Below, in pieces: positions 43,583 through 51,319 of a stretch of 64,000 nt of DNA. Each line of letters starts with the position of its first letter. Position 1 is the stretch's first letter. The translations under genes and the position numbers were made by a program. The notes under the pieces are model-generated. The model was not told the origin of the DNA and made no database searches. It saw only the letters and a list, made by a program, of their open reading frames with translations. Origin of the DNA: Candidatus Parcubacteria bacterium (GTDB taxonomy: Bacteria > Patescibacteriota > Minisyncoccia > UBA6257 > 2-01-FULL-56-20). The stretch lies in assembly GCA_027450205.1 (NCBI GenBank), contig DAIDJL010000002.1, forward strand, positions 93,758-157,757, written 5' to 3'.

Positions 43583-43779
43583 GTGGACATGGTCGAAAAA
43601 AGTTGGAACCGGCTGGAAACATGGATTTTGGAGTGGGGTGAGGTGATACAAGATAGAAGAATGGCGAGGAATCATTAAAATTTCTTGCTGTTCGGTACAC
43701 ATGATGAAGATGGAACTTTCTTAAAGATTGAGATTTATCGAGACCCCTGCTGGGAGGGCGAATGAAACAAAACGGCTTA

Positions 43780-43807
43780 TTGACTCGTATACCCAATAGG
43801 GTATAAT
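43780..43807 (+). promoter_or_regulatory. Sigma70 promoter with an overlapping palindromic operator
   Basis: TTGACT-N16-TATAAT with TATACCC-AATA-GGGTATA (43788-43805) overlapping the -10. Confidence 0.7.
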
Positions 43808-43838
43808 GGTTGATAGGTCGATAAAACAATGATAAAGC

Positions 43839-44279
43839 ATGGAAATAATCTATTATCGGAGCGGGTCTGGCTCCTGCCCAGCCAGAGATTATATGGGCTT
43901 GCGCTATGGAATCAGGAGTGGCGACAAGCAACGGGTACGGGACAGCAAAGCAAAGCAACTTGCAAAAATACGGGCAGTGATTCAGATGGCGGCAGACAAA
44001 AATGGAAGGCCAGGTGGGATTTTTTCTTCCTCGCTCGATGGATATAATTTCCACGAATTAAAAAGCAGTGAAGGTAATAAAAATGAAAAACTGAGAGTCC
44101 TATACTTTAGCTATCATGGATCGCAGCTTGTTCTCTTGAACGCCTTCGATAAGCCAGACTTATACGAGAAAGGAAAGAAGAAAAAAATTGATAAGAAAAT
44201 TGAGTTGATTCTAAAGCTGACCAAAACGTATTACGATGATTTTTTAAAGAATCCAGACCATCACGAAAAATATGAATAA
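43839..44279 (+). CDS. RelE/HigB-like (Gp49-type) toxin
   Basis: YY...G..P, LDGYNFHELK, LRVLYF and VLLNAFDK; precedes an HTH gene. Confidence 0.8.
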   Translation: MEIIYYRSGSGSCPARDYMGLRYGIRSGDKQRVRDSKAKQLAKIRAVIQMAADKNGRPGGIFSSSLDGYNFHELKSSEGNKNEKLRVLYFSYHGSQLVLLNAFDKPDLYEKGKKKKIDKKIELILKLTKTYYDDFLKNPDHHEKYE

Positions 44280-44775
44280 GAAAATTAACAAGAAAAAACA
44301 AGGGTTGGATTTAACCTTAAATCACCCCGCTTATAAGAAGTACTATGGCATGATGGATGCCCGGGTGAAACTTGCCGTTGAAATAAACGAAGCGAGAGTT
44401 GCAAAGGGTTGGTCTCAGCAGGAACTAGCGAGTGAGGCTGAAACCACACAAAAGGTAATCTCAAAAATTGAGAGTGGAGATACCAATCTTGGCTTCGATT
44501 TGCTGAATAAGCTTGCAAAGCCTCTCAATCTTAGGCTTCAAATCGGCACGACGGTTTTTGTAGCTGGTCTTGAACCCACCGTGGTTAATACAAATTATTG
44601 TGCCCCCGAATCAATTCCCGCGGGTATTTATCCCCGTGTATCAAGTGACATGAAATGGGAGTCATATATCCCGACAGGTATCCGCTTCATTGAGTCCCCC
44701 GCTTTGCTACAGATAACCTCTACCGAAGAAAAAACGGATACAAAAATTGAAATTAATGAAAAAGCCTATGCCTAA
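44272..44775 (+). CDS. XRE-family HTH antitoxin (HigA-like) with a long C-terminal extension
   Basis: ARVAKGWSQQELA...QKVISKIESG.TN; overlaps the toxin stop. Confidence 0.85.
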   Translation: MNKKINKKKQGLDLTLNHPAYKKYYGMMDARVKLAVEINEARVAKGWSQQELASEAETTQKVISKIESGDTNLGFDLLNKLAKPLNLRLQIGTTVFVAGLEPTVVNTNYCAPESIPAGIYPRVSSDMKWESYIPTGIRFIESPALLQITSTEEKTDTKIEINEKAYA

Positions 44776-45286
44776 ATCCCAGATAAGAAAAATTCAACAT
44801 GTATGGTCTATATTGGCCAGTGGCGTGAGCGTTGATCAGGAAAGCAATAATCTTAGCCTGTTTAATGTCATCGACCAAATTGTAATCCCCAAAAATCAAC
44901 TGGTGGAAATGCCTATTGTAACTGGAGAAAAGAAACCAGCCATTCCGATAGGTTTTGTTGTTGTATCTCAGTGGAGAAAGCTCCAAGAAAATATTGATGT
45001 AAAGGGGGACGCTAGGATAGAGTTGCTTGATCCGAGTGGTACCATGCGACAAAAAGCAGAGTTTACCATAAATCTTCCTGGTAAAATTGAACGATTTAGA
45101 TCGAGGGTGCAGTGGGGTGGAATTAGAGTAACTACCTCCGGAACTTACATCTTCAAAATTTCCCTCAAAGAGGAAGGGCAGGACGAATTCGTCCCCGTTG
45201 GAGAAGCTTATTTGAAAATTCAGATAATCGAGAATGCTTCAAAGGGCAGAAAAATAAACGTTAAGGTGCGCAAAAGGACTAAATAG
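44768..45286 (+). CDS. DUF6941-like beta-rich protein
   Basis: WSILA...VDQESNNLSLFNVIDQI, LLDPSG and G.Y.F patterns; translationally coupled to the HTH gene. Confidence 0.65.
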   Translation: MPKSQIRKIQHVWSILASGVSVDQESNNLSLFNVIDQIVIPKNQLVEMPIVTGEKKPAIPIGFVVVSQWRKLQENIDVKGDARIELLDPSGTMRQKAEFTINLPGKIERFRSRVQWGGIRVTTSGTYIFKISLKEEGQDEFVPVGEAYLKIQIIENASKGRKINVKVRKRTK

Positions 45287-45325
45287 CCGAGCGCTAGAAA
45301 TCTTCTAGCGATTCTGTGCGTTGAA

Positions 45326-45811
45326 ATGAACGAGGCGATACGTCAAAGCACATACGAACGGCGCAAGGCGGCAATTCTCGCTCGCATCCACATTAGCGAC
45401 TATATACGCCGTTACGCATGGGAAGTATTCGGAAACCAACGGAAGCCTGTTATGAGAACTCGCGCCGACGCCGATTATTATAAAAAAATGTTTAGCAATC
45501 CCATAGGCTCGCCTATACGCTCCCTCCTCCATATTTCTTCCGGTAATCTTTACAAATATAGCCAAGATGTAGATTATATCTGTTCAAATCTGGGCAGCGG
45601 TTTCGTATTTTATTTTTTATGCGTTTGGTGCGGCCGGAGGACAAAGTATCTTTATGTCGATCAAAGCCTTGAAGCATTACTCTGCCGGAAATGCATAAAG
45701 TTTCCATATCCACAACCCACACGACCCGAACGAAAGGCCTCCAGATATTTACGAAGGCATCCTGAGGTAATTCAACAACTCATCAATTCAGGCAAAATTC
45801 CCGCGTACTAA
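45326..45811 (+). CDS. Zn-finger protein of mobile-element type
   Basis: FLCVWCGRRTKYLY...LLCRKC (two CxxC motifs). Confidence 0.6.
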   Translation: MNEAIRQSTYERRKAAILARIHISDYIRRYAWEVFGNQRKPVMRTRADADYYKKMFSNPIGSPIRSLLHISSGNLYKYSQDVDYICSNLGSGFVFYFLCVWCGRRTKYLYVDQSLEALLCRKCIKFPYPQPTRPERKASRYLRRHPEVIQQLINSGKIPAY

Positions 45812-45814
45812 GTC

Positions 45815-46291
45815 CTATTGAGACGGTACGCCAGTATACTGATCTCCAAAATCATCTACACAGGTAACTTTAAAATCATCAACGGTCGAAAAACTGTAAG
45901 AGCCTGGTATCGTTATTGTTTGTTGTTCTCCTGCGGGGGCAAAGGTGGTTTGTGAATATGGGATTGCTGCGCTACCTGCCGCCCACGTCCACGTGCAGGT
46001 CGATCGATTTCCGCGAGGTACAGTTAGGTAGAATGTGTCCCCGACACCCGAATAAACTGGCATTGTGTTGCCATTTGTGCTTGCGGTAGGTGTAGGAGAA
46101 ATCGGTGATGGGACGGACGGTTGGGTAGATGTATTGCTTGTAGGATATGCACTCACTACCCAAATAACGAGGCCGATGAACGCGATGAGCGCTATGAGAA
46201 GGGTTGTGAGAATGGTTTTGCCCGCCGCCTTCCTTCCAAACGCGAGCCATACACCTACTACGACCAACAGAAAGATAATAAATACCGTCAT
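45815..46291 (-). CDS. Membrane-anchored exported protein
   Basis: Two TM segments, a P/S/T linker and a small beta domain with two Cys. Confidence 0.7.
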   Translation of the reverse strand: MTVFIIFLLVVVGVWLAFGRKAAGKTILTTLLIALIAFIGLVIWVVSAYPTSNTSTQPSVPSPISPTPTASTNGNTMPVYSGVGDTFYLTVPRGNRSTCTWTWAAGSAAIPYSQTTFAPAGEQQTITIPGSYSFSTVDDFKVTCVDDFGDQYTGVPSQ

Positions 46292-46311
46292 GGCGTTTGT
46301 TTTTAAATGAT

Positions 46312-47454
46312 CTAATATCCTATCGCTTCTGCTTGTATATCCTCGCCTTCTTTCTGCGCCGACGCATAACAATCAAGTGAGTTCTGCTCTGCCTCAATTC
46401 CCCCCTCGCCTTCGCCTCGTGAGAGTGTCACTGAAGAGCATTGTTCATTTTGTGTTTGTTCGGATTCAATTTGAGATTCGGTACTGGGAGCTACCTGAAT
46501 AGCGTCATCAATTTTCTCCTGGTTCTGAGCGTCCTGTAAGGTGAGTTGGGCGGCACTCAATTGCGAGCTATACGCTTGATTAAGGTTATTTTGTTCGCCT
46601 TCTTCTTCCTGAAGAGGTATACCTCCTCCGCCTTCAATATCAGCTAAATCTTGCGCATACTGCTTTTCCAGATTTTCAAGATTCTGTGCCGAAGTATTAA
46701 CTGCGGCGGTGTCGAAATTTAGATAGGTTGCGTTTAGTTGGGGTACTGTTGGTTGCGCATAGGTTGGCTGAGGCGCAGGAGTATTGTAGGTTTCGGTTGG
46801 TTGCGAATAAGCTTCTGGTGCAGAGATGGTCAAAGCATTCCTCACTGTGAACGACCCGCCATCGGGATTGGTGACAGTGACACCGTATGTCCCCGCCGGA
46901 AGCGATCCTGGGTAACTTACCGACATTGAATTTGGCGAGGTGCTGTTAGTATTTAATTTCGCAAGACCTCCGATCATTAAAGTCGCGCCGTTTTGAAAGC
47001 CACTACCGACAATTGTAAGTGTATTAGAATTTCCCTGAACAATAATGCTTGGATTAATATAGCTGATGGAGGGCGATGAAACGGTTGGGCTGGTGGTTAC
47101 AACAGGCGCCTGTGAAGTGTCATTACACGAAGTCCCACTACACCCATTAGACGGATGAGGTGGAAGCGGACTAACGACTATTTGCTGGTGTGGGGTTGTT
47201 ATCGGTTCGGACGGGCCTGTTGGAGTAGTCGCTGATCCAGCGGTGAGCGCGGTGGATGTTTTTTGTGTGGACGGCGAGGTAGTTGCTTCTGGTGATGATG
47301 TTGAGTTCGCCTGTTGAACAGCGATTTGAGAAGTTTGACTAATTGGGGTCGTTGTAACGTTTTGAGGTGCCGCAGAAATAAACCCAATCAAAGAGACTAG
47401 GCCAACAAACGAGATGATTGCTTTATGGAATAACGAGCCAAAGAAATTGACCAT
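46312..47454 (-). CDS. Exported S/T/P-rich protein with an IPT/TIG-like domain
   Basis: Signal/TM segment, PSISYINPS...LTIVGSGF...GTYGVTVTNPDG and an acidic helical C-terminus. Confidence 0.8.
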   Translation of the reverse strand: MVNFFGSLFHKAIISFVGLVSLIGFISAAPQNVTTTPISQTSQIAVQQANSTSSPEATTSPSTQKTSTALTAGSATTPTGPSEPITTPHQQIVVSPLPPHPSNGCSGTSCNDTSQAPVVTTSPTVSSPSISYINPSIIVQGNSNTLTIVGSGFQNGATLMIGGLAKLNTNSTSPNSMSVSYPGSLPAGTYGVTVTNPDGGSFTVRNALTISAPEAYSQPTETYNTPAPQPTYAQPTVPQLNATYLNFDTAAVNTSAQNLENLEKQYAQDLADIEGGGGIPLQEEEGEQNNLNQAYSSQLSAAQLTLQDAQNQEKIDDAIQVAPSTESQIESEQTQNEQCSSVTLSRGEGEGGIEAEQNSLDCYASAQKEGEDIQAEAIGY

Positions 47455-47484
47455 GTTGATTCGTTAAGTTCTCGACTGGCGAAC

Positions 47485-47595
47485 AAAAAGCTCCCAGCCA
47501 GCGATGCCTTTCGACACCCATATCCCTTTCGAGATATGACCGTTCATGGCGCTCTGACTAGGAGCTTTTTACCATGAACGGTATTTTGCGCCATG
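47485..47595 (-). promoter_or_regulatory. Structured leader with alternative pairings
   Basis: AAAAAGCTCC/GGAGCTTTTT stem, two GAAA-loop hairpins on the minus strand and a competing ACCGTTCATGG/CCATGAACGGT pair. Confidence 0.55.
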
Positions 47596-47716
47596 CACCA
47601 TCTTTGGCTGATAAACAGCTAGATAACAGTGTTTAGGCGACTGTATTAAATTGTTCCTTCAATATAGCACCAACTGAGCCTCTTGGTAAATGCGCACGAT
47701 TGTTTATAATATAGCC

Positions 47717-47989
47717 ATGCATTTCCCCGATCGTGCTGTACATTGTCCCGGATGCGGTAAGGTTATGGGGCGTTATAACCCCGAGAAGCCTTCGCCTTTG
47801 AAGTGTAGAAATCCTCGCTGTAAAGCTGAATTAGAGGTAACGATTATCAAAATGACCAAAGATGGGTCAGGAGCGGAATACATGAATTTTACGACCAGGG
47901 GAACGACAGCGAACTTAGTAACAACAAACCCCTCAGTTGACAATCCTTCAAATGGGTATATTATTACCAGCGAGGGGTTAGATAAATAA
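47717..47989 (+). CDS. Small Zn-ribbon protein
   Basis: CPGC and CRNPRC motifs; TATAAT lies 6 nt before the ATG. Confidence 0.65.
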   Translation: MHFPDRAVHCPGCGKVMGRYNPEKPSPLKCRNPRCKAELEVTIIKMTKDGSGAEYMNFTTRGTTANLVTTNPSVDNPSNGYIITSEGLDK

Positions 47990-48131
47990 GTTTGAAAATT
48001 AGCTCGGTTTAAGAGGCGCTCAACCGGATACGATTGCCTGAGCGCGATAAAAAGACCTTTGGTAAGAGCATGTAGATTACATGCCCCCTGCCGGAGGTCT
48101 TTTTTTGTTTCTCCACGCCGAGCCATGCACG

Positions 48132-48269
48132 ATGCTATCACTGGAAAAATTAAAGGAATTAGATACAGAAAATGACCTCTCGGACGAGGAACTTCTTGAG
48201 GTGCGCGCTGCTCTTGATCCCATTCTCGAAAAAATCCTAAATCATTATTTTGATAGCCTTTCAGAATAA
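48132..48269 (+). CDS. Small acidic hypothetical protein
   Basis: MLSLEKLKELD...LSDEELLEVR; lies upstream of the LSR operon. Confidence 0.55.
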   Translation: MLSLEKLKELDTENDLSDEELLEVRAALDPILEKILNHYFDSLSE

Positions 48270-48309
48270 ACATCTTGCTATATTACAACTAAGCGGTTAG
48301 AATAAGAAT

Positions 48310-48462
48310 ATGGATAAAAAGACGATCAGTAAGGTTATGCGGGAAATGGGACGCCGCGGAGGGCTTGCATCCGTAAATGCCCGTAAGAAAAGCGGGAAAA
48401 TGAAGGAGTGGTCTCAAAATGCTATTAAGGCCCGACGCCGGAAGAAGAATAAAAAAACATGA
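48310..48462 (+). CDS. 50-aa basic protein with a KGG-like motif, coupled to the LSR
   Basis: Not in the ORF track. MDKKTISKVMREMGRRGGLASVNARKKSGKMKEWSQNAIKARRRKKNKKT, with an ATGA overlap with the LSR and TTGCTA-N17-TAGAAT upstream. Confidence 0.7.
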   Translation: MDKKTISKVMREMGRRGGLASVNARKKSGKMKEWSQNAIKARRRKKNKKT

Positions 48463-50042
48463 GCGAACTTCACGCCTTAATTTACTGCCGCGTCTCATCT
48501 GAGCGACAAAAGAACGAGGGCCACGGCCTCGACAGCCAAGAGCAACGTTGCCGTCTTTATTGCGGCCAAAAGCAATACAAGGTTGAGCGTGTCTTTAGGG
48601 ATAGCTTTACGGGGGCCGGAGATTTTATGGAACGCCCAGCGATGGGAGAATTGCTCGCCTACCTCGACAAGCATCCGCACAGGGATGATTACGTTGTCGT
48701 TTTCGATGACCTCAAGCGATTTGCCCGCGACACCGTTTTTCATTTAAAGCTCCGGCGTGAATTTAAGGCACGGGGCGTTAAAGTGGAGTGCCTCAATTAT
48801 AAATTCGACGAATCCGAAGAGGGTGAATTTATCGAAACCGTTTTAGCCGCACAGGGCGAGCTTGAACGGAAACAGAATCGCCGCCAAGTTATCCAGAAGC
48901 AAAAGGCGCGCCTTGAAGCTGGCTATTGGCCTTTCTGTCCGCCGCCTGGCTATCGTCAGCCCAAGACGGTGGCTCATGGAAAACTTCTTACGCCATACGA
49001 GCCGGAAGCCACGATCGTGAGAACAGCCCTTGAGGGATTTGCGACAGATCGGTTTGAGACGCAAGCGGACATGGCCCGCTACTTGGGAGAACAAAACTTC
49101 ATCGGCAAAAGCAGGGTTCCCTTCCAGCTAGCAAATCGTCTCTTGGCCCGCGTATGGATATATGCCGGATTTATCCAATATGAGCCGTGGGAGGTAGTAC
49201 GACGGCAGGGCCACCATGAGCCAATCATCGACCTAGCGGCTTATCATAAGATTTTACGAAAGCTCGAAGGTCGCAGTCCGGTAAGGACGAGGGTAGATAT
49301 GCGCGAGGACTTTCCTTTACGCCACACACAGATCGCATGTGGCAATTGTGGTCGGCCCTTTACTGCTTCATATACGACCAAGAAAAAGGGCTATAGGCGG
49401 CCTTATTATCGTTGCGCCAATACTGCATGCCCTGAACACACAAAGAGCATCCCTGTCGAGCTTATAGAAACACAATTTAAAACCATGTTGCAGGAGATCC
49501 GCCCGAAGCCCCTCATCCTCAAAATCAGCGAAGCGATGCTCTACGAGAAATGGGAGCGGCGTGTGTCCGAGCGGGCTAATGCCGAAAAGAAAGAGGTTGG
49601 CGAAATTGCAGGGATTCAGGCAGAAATACACGACCTCTCAAAGCTTGCACGGAAAGCGACCAGTGAACGCGTCCGGCGGGAGTATGAGAAGCAGATCGAG
49701 GAACTAGCGGCGAAGGAGGAAAAATTGGCGGAGAAAAATGATCCTACAAAGAAGCCAAAAATTGAGTTTAGAACCGCTCTACAAATGGTATTCGATTACC
49801 TAAAAGACCCATATTCTAAATGGGTTGAGGGCGATTTGAGTGAGAAAAATCTGGTGCTGAACCTCGTTTTTGAGGGTCTCGTTTTCTATGACCGAGGATT
49901 TGGATTTAGAACCGCTCTTTTGTGCCTTCCTTTAAGGGTTTTTGAGCATTTTACTACCTCTAAATCACAGGGTGTGGAAGCGGGCGGAATCGAACCGCCG
50001 TGTAAAGATAATGCCGATGGGCCGTCTACGAGCGTAGTTTAG
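48459..50042 (+). CDS. Large serine recombinase (resolvase + recombinase + Zn-ribbon + coiled coil)
   Basis: YCRVSSERQ catalytic motif, DDLKRFARD, PPGY, HEPII and CGNC...YYRC....C. Confidence 0.95.
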   Translation: MSELHALIYCRVSSERQKNEGHGLDSQEQRCRLYCGQKQYKVERVFRDSFTGAGDFMERPAMGELLAYLDKHPHRDDYVVVFDDLKRFARDTVFHLKLRREFKARGVKVECLNYKFDESEEGEFIETVLAAQGELERKQNRRQVIQKQKARLEAGYWPFCPPPGYRQPKTVAHGKLLTPYEPEATIVRTALEGFATDRFETQADMARYLGEQNFIGKSRVPFQLANRLLARVWIYAGFIQYEPWEVVRRQGHHEPIIDLAAYHKILRKLEGRSPVRTRVDMREDFPLRHTQIACGNCGRPFTASYTTKKKGYRRPYYRCANTACPEHTKSIPVELIETQFKTMLQEIRPKPLILKISEAMLYEKWERRVSERANAEKKEVGEIAGIQAEIHDLSKLARKATSERVRREYEKQIEELAAKEEKLAEKNDPTKKPKIEFRTALQMVFDYLKDPYSKWVEGDLSEKNLVLNLVFEGLVFYDRGFGFRTALLCLPLRVFEHFTTSKSQGVEAGGIEPPCKDNADGPSTSVV

Positions 50043-50287
50043 CGATGCTAAGCGAAGTGATCATATTTTCACGCCAAGCGTATGATCGTCAACCTGACGC
50101 TAGTCCCCTTATATAAGACCGGTATCGATCCAAGGAACCCGGATCGGCCGATCCCTCCGGTTATGCGTTAAGCAAAAGCGAAGGCTGGAACTCGATTAGA
50201 GTTGGCAGTGTAGATTGTGCAGCGATGACGACGCTGCCAACGGCTCGCAAACCCATGGATTATCTTTATCGAAGCCAATGCGCTCCC
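49975..50287 (-). ncRNA. ssrA: tmRNA
   Basis: GGGAGCG 5' end pairing with CGCTTCC-A 3' end (G3.U pair), GGTTCGATTCC T-arm and tag frame ANSNRVPAFAFA*. smpB is also in the window. Confidence 0.92.
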
Positions 50288-50406
50288 GAATATCGTGCCT
50301 TCGATAAGGCTGCCGCTATTATACCACGAATAATGCTAGAATAAAAGTATGCAAATATGCTGCACCAAAGGTCGAAGAGTTTAAAGCTAATGATTTTTTA
50401 ATCTTT

Positions 50407-50616
50407 ATGGAAGAAGAGAAAATGGCAGGAAAGGGCATGGTCTGCAAGTGCCCGCACCACAGAACGATACCCTGGCTCATCATCCTCATCGGCGTTGATT
50501 TCCTTCTGGGGGCGATGAACGTTCTCACCTGGAGCTTCGTGGACATCACGTGGCCGATCCTCGTGATCATCGTCGGGATCATAAAACTGATGCGTTGCAA
50601 TTGCTGCAGCAAATAA
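50407..50616 (+). CDS. Small membrane protein
   Basis: CKCPHH, two TM segments with WP motif and a Cys-rich end; followed by a terminator. Confidence 0.7.
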   Translation: MEEEKMAGKGMVCKCPHHRTIPWLIILIGVDFLLGAMNVLTWSFVDITWPILVIIVGIIKLMRCNCCSK

Positions 50617-50668
50617 AAAAATCCCCTTCGCTGGACAGTCCACGTTGGAAGCGAAGGGGGTTTTTTAT
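50617..50668. terminator. Bidirectional terminator
   Basis: AAAAATCCCCTTCGCT...AGCGAAGGGGGTTTTT between convergent genes. Confidence 0.7.
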
Positions 50669-50676
50669 TTCTTCCG

Positions 50677-51267
50677 TTATTGCTGAACGGCCGGAGCCTC
50701 TTCCGTCACTTTTTGCACATTCGCCCGTTTCAATAATTCCGCCTGCATCCATTCCGCCAGATCCTTATCGAGCGCAGGAAGAATTCCCTCCGATTCATCG
50801 TCCCCCGGCTTTTCGTCCTCGTGGCCGGCGGTCAGGATGACGATGCGGCTGAGGCCGAGCATCTGGAACGAAATATCGCGCCGGATGTCCACATCCTGGA
50901 TCTGCCGGTACGGTATTGCCACCTCCTCTTTGTTCAAAATGCCGCGTTTTATTTTTAACGAATCGCCGCCAAGACAATACTTGTAGTTCTTATAAATAAG
51001 CCACGTGATGAGCCATGTGAATATGAGCGCTATAACAAACAATGCGAAACTGATCACCGTCGCAAGCGCCGCATAGTGCGCGAGGTCGCCGACCGGCGTC
51101 GCGGCAAGGAATGGCTGCTGCTCCAGCACAAAAAGCGCGATCGTAAGCAGGAGCAAAATGAATGCCGCATGCACACGCTCAAGAAAGAATATCCAGAACG
51201 TCTTCTTCCCCATGGTGTGGTATACCTCTTCAGGAATACCGGGGTGGGTTATCGGGGTCTCATCCAT
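50677..51267 (-). CDS. Bacterial PH domain membrane protein
   Basis: Two TM segments, then IKRGIL...IPYRQIQDV...LGL....TAG. Confidence 0.85.
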   Translation of the reverse strand: MDETPITHPGIPEEVYHTMGKKTFWIFFLERVHAAFILLLLTIALFVLEQQPFLAATPVGDLAHYAALATVISFALFVIALIFTWLITWLIYKNYKYCLGGDSLKIKRGILNKEEVAIPYRQIQDVDIRRDISFQMLGLSRIVILTAGHEDEKPGDDESEGILPALDKDLAEWMQAELLKRANVQKVTEEAPAVQQ

Positions 51268-51319
51268 CGCTGTAGGGCTGTTTTGATTATTCTACCACAG
51301 CTGATATAATGGAGGCATA

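Larger units (their letters stand above)
42610..43716 (+). repeat. About 135-bp direct repeat, 2 copies (42610-42744 and 43583-43716), putative attP arm
   Basis: Both start GTGGACATGGTYGAAAAAAGTTGGAACCGG and end GGTACACATGATGRAGATKGAAC. Confidence 0.92.
43583..49978. mobile_element. LSR-encoding integrative element (about 6.4 kb) at the tmRNA 3' end
   Basis: GTGGA cores at 43583 and 49974, an LSR at the right end, a toxin-antitoxin module and lower GC than the flanks. Confidence 0.8.

Noticed and set aside
39615-43716. Repeats read as a CRISPR array or classical integron attC sites
   Set aside because: Spacing is about 0.2-1.2 kb with genes in between. There are no cas genes, no tyrosine integrase and no RYYYAAC...GTTRRRY palindromic attC structure.
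42610-43716. The 135-bp repeat pair as a DGR template/variable repeat
   Set aside because: The differences are not adenine-specific, neither copy is at the end of a target gene, and no reverse transcriptase is in the window.
43572-44054. 160-aa minus-strand ORF across the att arm
   Set aside because: It overlaps the toxin gene and promoter in antisense and has no recognisable features.
41622-49989. A single 8.4-kb island defined only by the 16-bp direct repeat
   Set aside because: Possible, but it does not explain the internal GTGGA junctions and repeated arms. The tandem model accounts for more of the sequence.
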